Of a stretch of 64,000 nt of DNA, positions 37,659 through 45,931 are shown piece after piece. A model generated the notes under the pieces. The model did no database searches. It worked only from the letters and a program-made list of their open reading frames with translations, and was not told where the DNA came from. The position numbers were made by a program, and so were the translations under genes. Numbering within the stretch: the first letter of the stretch is position 1; each line of letters opens with the position of its first letter. The stretch is from an uncultured Solirubrobacteraceae bacterium. Its GTDB lineage: Bacteria; Actinomycetota; Thermoleophilia; Solirubrobacterales; Solirubrobacteraceae. The stretch spans positions 32,001-96,000 of the forward strand of contig CAZPQW010000007.1 of the NCBI GenBank assembly GCA_964588985.1. Reading direction: 5' to 3'.

Positions 37659-40016
37659 ATGCCCTCGCGCCGCGCGACCAGGATCGGCCTCTCGGCGGCG
37701 CTCGTCCTCGCTCTGCTCGGACTCCTCACGGGCTGCACCAACTCCCACTCGGGCCACAGGGCCGCCGAAGGACCGTCCGCCACCACCTCGTCCCCCGTGT
37801 CCGCCCCGACCAAAGGCGGTCTACCGGCGTGCGGGGTCGAATGCGATCCGATCGACCCGCGCTACCTGACGAGCCTGCCGTTCGGGGCAAGCTCGTTCTG
37901 GCTCCAGCCGTGGCGGGCGTACCTCGACACCTGGCCCGGATCGCGCCTGCTCGACGCGCTCGGGGTGAACTTCAACGTCAACGGCTCCCTGGCGCCGGAT
38001 GTCGCGCGGCTGCTGCACAACACCGGCTTCAGGCTCGCGCGCATCGAGATCGGCTGGGGGTCGCTCTCCTACGCGAACCCCGAACGCTTCACGCACGAAG
38101 CCGAAATCCGCGCACGGCTGCTGGCGCTGCACAGATACGGCCTGCGCCCGCTGATCCTGTTGAACGCCAACAGCGGCTCTCCCGCTCCCGCGAAGGGGAT
38201 CGACCTGACGACCGTCGCGCCCGCGCCCGCGGGGTCGACCACGGTCACGCTGACCGCGGCGAGCGCGGCGGCATTGGCGCCAGGCAAGAGCGGGTTCGAC
38301 GCGTCCGCTTTCAAGCCTGTGAAAGAAAGGCGCAAACGCGGTCACAAACGAGCACAGACCGGCCCGAGGCTGACGCGGGCGCAGCGCCGCGCGCGCCACG
38401 AAGCACGTCGCGCGGCGCGCAAAGCGGCCGCCGCGGCGGGGCTCACCAGAACCGTGTTGGAGGGCAACCCGGGGCTGCTGATCACGAAGGTGAGCGGCGA
38501 CGTCGCCACGCTCTCGCGACCGCTGCCGAGCGCGCTTCCGGCCGGCGTGTACCGAGGCACCACGCTGCTGTATGCGCCGTTCGGCCCACCGAAGCTCCCG
38601 GACGGCTCGCCGAACCCCGCGTTCGAGGACACGCTCGCGGGCTGGCTGAAGTACGTCGCGACCGTCTGCGGGGAGGCGCGCGGGATCTTCGGCGCGGGCG
38701 GCTTCGACCTCGAGATCTGGAACGAGCTGAGCTTCGGCTCGCAATTCCTCGATGTCGAGAAGTACTACGCCAGCCCGGAATCGAGCTCCAGGGAAGTCGT
38801 CAAGGAAGTCACGAAGGCGCTGCTCGACGAAACGCTCGCGTTCGTGCGCAACCCGGCCAACGGGATCTCCCCGCTGGTCGGGGTGAGCGACGGCTTCGCC
38901 AGCGAGTCGCCATTCCCCTCGGCCGCATATGCGCCCGCGGGGCTGACCGCGTACAGCAAGCACCCCTACGCGGGCCCGAAGAGCTATCCCGCGGACTTCC
39001 ACGCCAAACCCGGCAACGTCCCCCGCGACGCGCTCGGACGCAGGGACACGGCCGGCGAACGTCGCTCCGCCGAAGCGTTCACCGCGCGGTTCGTGCCCAG
39101 CTACCAGGCCGACCTTCCCGAGCACACGCTCACGGCGACCTCCACCGAGACGCTCGTCCGCGACCTCGCGCCGTTCGCCACCGACATCTACCAGGCGCCG
39201 CACGGCCGCGACGTGGCACGCGCGGGACAGCGCCCGCCTCAGACGTGGGTCACGGAGTACAACCTCGGCACCGCCGGGGGCACGGTCGTGGGTCCGGACG
39301 AGAAGACCCCGCAGACGGGCCCTGCCGCGACGATCACCACCGCCGACAGGGCGCACTTCCAGGCGAAGGTCGCGCTGCGCAGCCTCGTCTCGATGGTCGG
39401 CGCGGGGGTCTCTCGCGAGTACTTCTACGCGGCCGCGTACGCCGGCGGCCTCAGCCTGATCGCGGAACCGTTCGTGTTGAACGCCAACGCGCGGCCGAGC
39501 GTGTTCCCCGGCGATGCGGCGGGCGGGGAAGCGATGGCGGCCCTTCACAGGATGCTCACCCGCTTCGAGGGCCCCGGGCCCGACGATGCTGGTGCGCGAC
39601 AGCTCACGCTCCTCTCCATCACCCAGGACGGCGACCACGCGCAGTTCACCGGCGACGGCACGAGCGCTCACCCGGACCTATACGACCGCGACGTGCTCGC
39701 CGTCTTCCCGTTCCAGACCTCACCCACCACGTTCGTCATCCCGGTGTACGTGATGACACGTGACATGCTCACGCTCTACGCGCCGAGCGCGCCATCCACG
39801 GACGTCCACCGCTTCGACCTCCCCGACGAGACCTTCCACATCACGCTCGGCAACCTCCCCAACACCACCACGCCACCCACCGTCTCGAGCTACGACCCGC
39901 TGCGCGACGAGACCACCACCGCCCACCTCACAAGCCGCACCAGCAACCAAGCCACGTTCGAACTCACCGCCACCGACTACCCCCGACTGCTGACGCTCAA
40001 ATACACCGGCGAATAG
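37659..40016 (+). CDS. Putative lipoprotein, clan GH-A glycoside hydrolase-like, paralog B
   Basis: Lipobox LTGC. DLEIWNE, SKHPY and WVTEY. Collinear with paralog A. Confidence 0.65.
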   Translation: MPSRRATRIGLSAALVLALLGLLTGCTNSHSGHRAAEGPSATTSSPVSAPTKGGLPACGVECDPIDPRYLTSLPFGASSFWLQPWRAYLDTWPGSRLLDALGVNFNVNGSLAPDVARLLHNTGFRLARIEIGWGSLSYANPERFTHEAEIRARLLALHRYGLRPLILLNANSGSPAPAKGIDLTTVAPAPAGSTTVTLTAASAAALAPGKSGFDASAFKPVKERRKRGHKRAQTGPRLTRAQRRARHEARRAARKAAAAAGLTRTVLEGNPGLLITKVSGDVATLSRPLPSALPAGVYRGTTLLYAPFGPPKLPDGSPNPAFEDTLAGWLKYVATVCGEARGIFGAGGFDLEIWNELSFGSQFLDVEKYYASPESSSREVVKEVTKALLDETLAFVRNPANGISPLVGVSDGFASESPFPSAAYAPAGLTAYSKHPYAGPKSYPADFHAKPGNVPRDALGRRDTAGERRSAEAFTARFVPSYQADLPEHTLTATSTETLVRDLAPFATDIYQAPHGRDVARAGQRPPQTWVTEYNLGTAGGTVVGPDEKTPQTGPAATITTADRAHFQAKVALRSLVSMVGAGVSREYFYAAAYAGGLSLIAEPFVLNANARPSVFPGDAAGGEAMAALHRMLTRFEGPGPDDAGARQLTLLSITQDGDHAQFTGDGTSAHPDLYDRDVLAVFPFQTSPTTFVIPVYVMTRDMLTLYAPSAPSTDVHRFDLPDETFHITLGNLPNTTTPPTVSSYDPLRDETTTAHLTSRTSNQATFELTATDYPRLLTLKYTGE
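39801..40016 (+). repeat. 216-bp near-identical direct repeat, copy 2
   Basis: Matches 37416-37631 up to the stop codon. Confidence 0.9.
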
Positions 40017-40042
40017 GCCACAGGCACGCAAACGCCTCGAGC

Positions 40043-40076
40043 GGATGGGGCTCCGCCTCTTCGGATAGCCCCATCC
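40043..40076. terminator. Hairpin between convergent genes (possible terminator)
   Basis: GGATGGGGCT / AGCCCCATCC arms. No clear U tract. Confidence 0.5.
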
Positions 40077-40101
40077 CGTTCAGGTCGTCCAGGCTACACC
40101 C

Positions 40102-41073
40102 TCATGAGAACTCACCCCAGTTTTCGCCGCCGCCAAGATCGACTGTCGCCGCACCGCTGAGCGTCGCAGTCAAGCCGAATACTTCCAATTTCGCTTTGGT
40201 TTCTTTCAGCGTGCCCCCCACTTCGGTCCATATCGCTTTGGAAGACTTCGTGAAATGGAGTTCGCCTCGCGCGGCTTCAACTTCGTGTTCGGCAGTGATT
40301 TCTTTGCCCGTTGTGAACGCCGCTCCTATGACGTTTCCCGTCAGGCCCGTCGAGAGGACCGTACATTTGGCTCCGGTGAATTTAATCGTCGCGAACAATT
40401 TGCCCGATTCCGGTTCCAGCAGCACTAACAAAGGCCCAGCGGTCCCCGACGCGGTGGAGAACCCATCGGTGCCGAGCAACGAGCCTGTTGTTACCATTTT
40501 TCCTTCGACTTCGCATCCTTCGCCATTGCCCGTCACGCTACAGCCTGTATATAATATGGTGAAGTGCGATAAGCCGACTAACCCTGCGATCCGATTTGCG
40601 ATTTCATGCGCTTTGTCGGTCCGCAGAGACAGGCTTTCGCAATTCACCGCCTCGCCCGCGGGTTTTGCTTCGATGGTGAATTTTTCGTGCGCACTGGCTA
40701 ACAGTAATCGGGTTTCGCCCGGCACGAGCGCTTCGCCAACTTTGAAGAATGGACCCGCTCCTGGTTTGGAAACCTTGATCCATCTTTTTTCACCAGTTTG
40801 TTTCACACAGTCTTCTTCTGTATAGGTTCCCCGTTCTCCCGCTTCGTACGTTTCCACTTCGGCGCATTCCGTTACGGCATTGATGAACGTGCCATTCGGT
40901 TTGACTTTGATGTAGACTTTTGCCGCGGCATTTTCCACCATGCAGCCAAATTCCCACCTGCCCGTCCCCACCACCGAGACCACCGCACAGCGCGCCAGAG
41001 CCGTCGAGGCGCCGATCAGGCAGAATGCAAACGTCACCCCGAGCACGGGCCCGACAATCTTGAGATACCTCAT
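40102..41073 (-). CDS. Secreted Cys-containing protein of unknown function (low GC)
   Basis: AGGAG RBS, signal peptide MRYLKIVG...STALA, eight Cys in the mature part, many A/T-ending codons. Confidence 0.75.
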   Translation of the reverse strand: MRYLKIVGPVLGVTFAFCLIGASTALARCAVVSVVGTGRWEFGCMVENAAAKVYIKVKPNGTFINAVTECAEVETYEAGERGTYTEEDCVKQTGEKRWIKVSKPGAGPFFKVGEALVPGETRLLLASAHEKFTIEAKPAGEAVNCESLSLRTDKAHEIANRIAGLVGLSHFTILYTGCSVTGNGEGCEVEGKMVTTGSLLGTDGFSTASGTAGPLLVLLEPESGKLFATIKFTGAKCTVLSTGLTGNVIGAAFTTGKEITAEHEVEAARGELHFTKSSKAIWTEVGGTLKETKAKLEVFGLTATLSGAATVDLGGGENWGEFS

Positions 41074-41380
41074 CACATGACTCCTGAGTAGTCGATCTAT
41101 GAGCCATGGGGCCTTCCGCCTCTCCGTCACGAGCGTATTCGGATCTCCTATCCACCTCGGGACCGCCCCAGCAACGAAGATACAACATCCCGATAGCAGG
41201 AATTTCATGCTATGCGCAGCCTCGGCGGGGCGGCTGCGAGTCATGGCCTTCCGCACGGGACCAGCGACCAAGCTTGGTCGAGGAGAAGGACGACGATTTG
41301 TCTCCTACCATGCGTAACCACGCGATCCTGGACGCTGGCGCTCCGATGACCAGATGGGGCGCTTGACGTATCATCTGACC

Positions 41381-41527
41381 ATGCCCAGCGCCCATCCCGG
41401 AGCCGACTTCGTCGCGCTCACACGGCGTTGGCGACACGCTTGCCAGGTACGCGCCGGCGAGTTGCACGCGGTCGGGGGCTACGAGAACATTTGCTTCTTG
41501 GCGCCGCAGGATCCCACCCAGACGTAG
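41381..41527 (+). pseudogene. 48-codon internally deleted copy of the FkbM methyltransferase gene (44382-45182)
   Basis: Translates MPSAHPGADFVALTRRWRHACQVRAG-ELHAVGGYENICFLAPQDPTQT, matching the parent N-terminus (ADLVALTRRWRHTRLVRAG) and C-terminus (GELHAVGGYENVCF). Confidence 0.85.
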
Positions 41528-41558
41528 CCTGCCTCGTGTCAGCGACAGGACCAGGCTC

Positions 41559-42740
41559 GTGAGGGTCCTCTACGTCAACCACACCGCCGAGGTCAGCGGG
41601 GCCGAGCGTTCGCTGCTCGCCCTCTTGGGCGGGCTCCCGTCGAGCGTGCGGCCGCTCGTGGCCACACCGCCCGGTCGGCTGGCGCGGGCCGTCGAGGAGC
41701 TCGGAATCGACGTGACGCCGATCGTGAGCACGGCCGGGAGCCTGCGACTGCACCCGGCTCATACGCCGCGGGCGGTGGCGGAGATGGGCCTCGCGGCGCT
41801 GCAGGTGCGCCGAGCGGCTCGCCGCCATCGCGCCGAGGTGGTTCACGCGAACTCGATCCGGGCGGGCATCGAGCTCGGCCTCGCCCACGTCTCCCCCGCG
41901 GCGAGCATCGTCCACGTCCGTGACTGCCTGCCCCCCAGCGCGGTGACGAGCGCCACCATGCGCCTGATCGCGCGGACCGCGACGACCGTGGTCGCGAACT
42001 CGCACTACACCGCGGGAACGGTGCGGGCCGCGGCTGCGAGCGCCCGGCTCGAGGTCGTGCACCCCGCGATCGATCTCGCCGCGTTCGATCCCGCGCGCAT
42101 CGACCGCTCCGCCGCGCGAGCCCGACTCGGCACGGCGGGAGCGCGGCGCGTGCTGATGGGGGTGGTCGCGCAGCTGAGCCCGTGGAAGGGCCAGGACACG
42201 GCGATCGAGGCGCTGCGGCTGCTGCGCGAGCAGGACGTGGACGCGCACCTGCTGCTGATCGGCTCGGCCAAGTTCCTCGCCAGCTCGACGCGCTTCGACA
42301 ACGAGGCGTACGTCGCCGGCCTGAAGCGGCTGGTCGCGGACGCCGGGCTCGAGGAACGCGTCTCCTGGCTCGGCGAGCGCGACGACGTACCCGATCTGGT
42401 GCGCGCGCTCGACGTGCTGCTGCTGCCGTCCCGCGAGGAGCCGTTCGGGCGCGCGCTGCTCGAGGCGATGGCACTGGAGGTGCCGGTCCTCGCCACCAGC
42501 GTGGGAGGCCCACCGGAGCTCGTTCGCGACGGTATCGAGGGCTACCTCGTCGCGCCCGGAGAGCCCGAGGCGTGGGCGCAGGCGGTGCGGCGTGTCGTCG
42601 AAGGCTCCGAGCAGGGGCGCGCGATGGGGCGCGCCGGGCGTGTGCGCATCGCTGAAGGGTTCGACGTGGAGCACCACGTCGAGGCGGTGCTCGCCCTGTA
42701 TCGGCGCGCGATCGACGAGACCGGCACTCGAGGGGCGTGA
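41559..42740 (+). CDS. GT4 glycosyltransferase
   Basis: SGAERS, PWKGQ and EEPFGRALLEA. Confidence 0.93.
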   Translation: MRVLYVNHTAEVSGAERSLLALLGGLPSSVRPLVATPPGRLARAVEELGIDVTPIVSTAGSLRLHPAHTPRAVAEMGLAALQVRRAARRHRAEVVHANSIRAGIELGLAHVSPAASIVHVRDCLPPSAVTSATMRLIARTATTVVANSHYTAGTVRAAAASARLEVVHPAIDLAAFDPARIDRSAARARLGTAGARRVLMGVVAQLSPWKGQDTAIEALRLLREQDVDAHLLLIGSAKFLASSTRFDNEAYVAGLKRLVADAGLEERVSWLGERDDVPDLVRALDVLLLPSREEPFGRALLEAMALEVPVLATSVGGPPELVRDGIEGYLVAPGEPEAWAQAVRRVVEGSEQGRAMGRAGRVRIAEGFDVEHHVEAVLALYRRAIDETGTRGA

Positions 42741-43558
42741 CAGATGTCATTTGGAAACTACTCGGCTACGATGGGCGCCGACTGGGTCGGGGGCCGATAT
42801 GGGCGGAGGGGACGTTGACGGAGGCGGCGGGACATCGCGTAGAGGCGCCTGCTGTGGGCTTTGCTCCGACGCCCGACGCGGAAGCGCAGTTCTGGGCTGA
42901 ACTGCACAGGCTGATGGCGACCGGCGCGAAGCGCTGGTGCGACGTCGGAGGCGGCGCGAGGCCGCTCGTCCCCCTCTCGCTGGTCGAGAAGTTCGAGCTC
43001 GAGTACGTCGTCCTGGACGAGTCCTCCGAGGAGCTCGATCAGGCGCCCGCCGGATACGAGCGCTTTCACGCGAGCATCCTCGACGAGCAGGCGATCGCCA
43101 CGCTGGTGCGCGAGCGGGGCTCGTTCGACGTCGTAGTGAGCCGGTGGACCGCCGAGCACATCCCCGACGGCAGGAAGTTCCACAAGCAGGTCCACGACCT
43201 CCTCCGCCCCGGCGGCACCGCGATTCACTTCTTCCCGACTCTCTACTCGCTGCCCTTCGTGTTGAACCGGGTACTTCCCCAGTCCCTCTCGGGCCCACTG
43301 CTGTCCACGGGACAGCCGGACCGGTCGAAGTTCCGCCCGTATTACTCCTGGTGTCGCGGCCCAAGCGAGCGGCAGATACGGCGCCTTGAGTCGGTCGGGT
43401 TCTCCGTGGATCGCTACATGGGCTATTTCGGACATGGGTACTTCAAACGCGTCAAGCCGCTCCACCTCGCGGACAGGGCGCTGACAGCCCGGCTGCTGCG
43501 CCATCCGCTGCCGAACCTGACGAGCTTTGCGATGGTCGTGCTCACCAGACCGATCTGA
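42737..43558 (+). CDS. Class I SAM-dependent methyltransferase
   Basis: DVGGG, FDVVV...EH and LRPGG. Confidence 0.85.
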   Translation: MTDVIWKLLGYDGRRLGRGPIWAEGTLTEAAGHRVEAPAVGFAPTPDAEAQFWAELHRLMATGAKRWCDVGGGARPLVPLSLVEKFELEYVVLDESSEELDQAPAGYERFHASILDEQAIATLVRERGSFDVVVSRWTAEHIPDGRKFHKQVHDLLRPGGTAIHFFPTLYSLPFVLNRVLPQSLSGPLLSTGQPDRSKFRPYYSWCRGPSERQIRRLESVGFSVDRYMGYFGHGYFKRVKPLHLADRALTARLLRHPLPNLTSFAMVVLTRPI

Positions 43559-43580
43559 CGCCGCGAGCGGCGGGCGACAG

Positions 43581-44249
43581 CTACGACGGCTGAGAAGCCG
43601 GGCGCGACCCCGCCACGATCACCGAGATGGACAACGGCCTCGGGAATCGCAGGCGCATCGCCTCGGGCCAGTGACGTCCTCCGGTGAACGGCACCACGTC
43701 CGCCGCCGCATACAGCGGCTCCTGCACCTGCAGGCCCTCGCTGGCAAGGATGCGCGAGGTGACGTGCGGCAGCGCCGGCGTGAGATGGGGTTCGTTGTCG
43801 GGGCGAAAGCTCGTCAGCTGGCCTCGCACCGACAGGTCCAGTCGGTGCCTCAACGTCGCCACGTTGGGCGTGGACACCACGAGCCAGCCGTTAGGCGCGA
43901 CCAGCTGCGCCGCTCGACGCAAGGAGGTCCACGGCGCTTCCAGATGCTCGATCGTCTCGACCATCAGCACGCGGTCGGCAACCGGCATGTCGGCAACGTC
44001 GGCGGAGACCTCGTGGAAGTCCACGTCGTCGGCGAGGTCTGGGTCGAGCCACGGCAGCGCGTCGACGCCCGCCAGCGACAGCGGCTCCCACTCGTCCCTG
44101 ATGCGGCGCAGCAGGTCGCCCGTGCCGCACCCGATGTCCAGCCAGCGCAGACCCCGTTCGGGCCGTGCCGCCTCCAGCACCGCGTTGACGATCGGCTCGT
44201 CCGACTTACCCGCCGATGCTTGCTGTTCGGCGAAGGACGCGGAGGCCAT
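43581..44249 (-). CDS. Class I SAM-dependent methyltransferase
   Basis: LDIGCGTG, ETIEHL and VSTPN. Confidence 0.88.
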   Translation of the reverse strand: MASASFAEQQASAGKSDEPIVNAVLEAARPERGLRWLDIGCGTGDLLRRIRDEWEPLSLAGVDALPWLDPDLADDVDFHEVSADVADMPVADRVLMVETIEHLEAPWTSLRRAAQLVAPNGWLVVSTPNVATLRHRLDLSVRGQLTSFRPDNEPHLTPALPHVTSRILASEGLQVQEPLYAAADVVPFTGGRHWPEAMRLRFPRPLSISVIVAGSRPASQPS

Positions 44250-44381
44250 GACGCTGACTGTACCAGGACATAAACACCCCGATGTGATGGATCATGCGTG
44301 CGCTTTCACCGCTCGACAACAACCCGGGGCTGCGAGCTGCGATTGCACTGACATTTAGAACGTATTGCGTATTATCAAGTC

Positions 44382-45182
44382 ATGTCATCCGCGCCGACCG
44401 CCGCAGATCTCGTCGCGCTGACGCGTCGCTGGCGGCACACTCGCCTCGTGCGTGCGGGCGCCTACCGCATCGGCGAGGCGCTGGGCGACCGCGTGCTCGT
44501 GGGCAGGACGCTTGGCGGCTCGCGGATGGCCCTCAGCATGCGCGACCACCAGCACCGCTCGATCTACTTCTACGGCGAGTACGAGCCGGAGATCACCGCG
44601 CTGTTCCGCCGTCTGCTCGCGCCTGGGTCGGTCGTGTTCGACGTCGGCGCCAACGCCGGCTACTTCTCGATCCTCTCACGCGAGCTCGGCGCCACCGTGC
44701 ACTCCTTCGAGCCCAACCCGAACGTGCGCGCGCTCCTCAGCAGGAGCGCGAACCTCGGACCCGGCGGCATCACCGTGGTGGCGGCCGCCTGCAGCGACCA
44801 CCCCGGGAGGATGCCGCTGTACCTCTCCGAGCCCGGCAACACCGGGATGACGAGTCTGATCGTGCCGGCGGAGAGATCGGTCGAGGTCGACGTGATCACG
44901 CTCGACGACTACGCCGAGCGCACGCACACGCACCCCGATCTCATCAAGATCGACGTCGAGGGGCACGAGCGCGAGGTGCTGAGCGGAGCCGAGGAGCTGC
45001 TCGCCGCGGCCCGCCCGACGGTGATCGCCGAGGTCGGCGGACCGGAGACGATCGAGCTGATGGAGAGCTTCGGCTACACGCCGCTGCGCATCCTGCCCGA
45101 CGGATCGACCGCCGCCCATGACGGCGAACTGCACGCGGTCGGCGGCTACGAGAACGTCTGCTTCTCGCCGCCCGCGGGCTAG
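44382..45182 (+). CDS. FkbM-family methyltransferase
   Basis: YEPE, DVGANAG, FEPNP and KIDVEGHE. Confidence 0.92.
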   Translation: MSSAPTAADLVALTRRWRHTRLVRAGAYRIGEALGDRVLVGRTLGGSRMALSMRDHQHRSIYFYGEYEPEITALFRRLLAPGSVVFDVGANAGYFSILSRELGATVHSFEPNPNVRALLSRSANLGPGGITVVAAACSDHPGRMPLYLSEPGNTGMTSLIVPAERSVEVDVITLDDYAERTHTHPDLIKIDVEGHEREVLSGAEELLAAARPTVIAEVGGPETIELMESFGYTPLRILPDGSTAAHDGELHAVGGYENVCFSPPAG

Positions 45183-45913
45183 GACCGCGACGGCCGCGCG
45201 AGCCAGTTCACCACGCTCGCGCCCTGCAGGAAGCCCGCGCGTGTGAACGGACCGTCGCCGGTGGCGTCGAAGACCTCATAGCCCAGCTCGGTCAGCAGGT
45301 CCCACACGGCGCCCGGAGCGTCGCCATACAGTGCCGCCGCCTCGGGGACGTGCTCGAATATCAGCACCGGCCTGGCGCGGGCGAGCATCCCGCGCCCACC
45401 CTCGAGCACCGCCAGCTCGGCGCCCTCGACGTCGATCTTGACCACGCTCGGCGCTACGTCCGCGAGCTCGACGTCGAGCGTGGACACCTCCACCGTGATG
45501 AACACCGGCCGCCCCCGCTCGTCGCTGATCTCGGGGTTCCTGCGCAACCCGCTCCACCCGTCGAGCTCGGTGAAGTGACAGAACTCCGCGCTGCCGGGGC
45601 TCGAGCCGAGCGCCTTGCGCCTGCAGTCCACGTTCGGGAACTCGCGCACGATCTCGGCCGCCAGTGCTGGGATCGGCTCGAACGCGACGTGGTGCGCGCT
45701 AGGCGCGACACGCACGGCTTCGCGTAGAACCTGGCCGCGGTTGCTGCCGACGTCGACGTAGGTCGAATCGTCGCGCAGAGCCACGGCCAGCGCCGTCGCG
45801 ATGCCGACCGCCTCGCGCTGAGCCTGGCGCGCTCGCGGCTCGAACGCCGCCAGCAACTCGGGCCTGTCGAGGCGTCGCGACACCGCACCGATGCCCCTAT
45901 TGACAACCCTCAC
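45179..45913 (-). CDS. FkbM-family methyltransferase
   Basis: DVGSNRG, AFEPIP and KIDVEGAE. GTG start at 45913 inferred. Confidence 0.88.
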   Translation of the reverse strand: MRVVNRGIGAVSRRLDRPELLAAFEPRARQAQREAVGIATALAVALRDDSTYVDVGSNRGQVLREAVRVAPSAHHVAFEPIPALAAEIVREFPNVDCRRKALGSSPGSAEFCHFTELDGWSGLRRNPEISDERGRPVFITVEVSTLDVELADVAPSVVKIDVEGAELAVLEGGRGMLARARPVLIFEHVPEAAALYGDAPGAVWDLLTELGYEVFDATGDGPFTRAGFLQGASVVNWLARPSRS

Positions 45914-45931
45914 GGGTGTATTGTTGCAGCA

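Noticed and set aside
37416-40016. DGR-like TR/VR pair (7 of about 12 mismatches are A in copy 2 versus G in copy 1)
   Set aside because: No reverse transcriptase is in the window, both copies lie in full-length paralogous ORFs, several mismatches are not at A, and the A/G changes are ordinary transitions.
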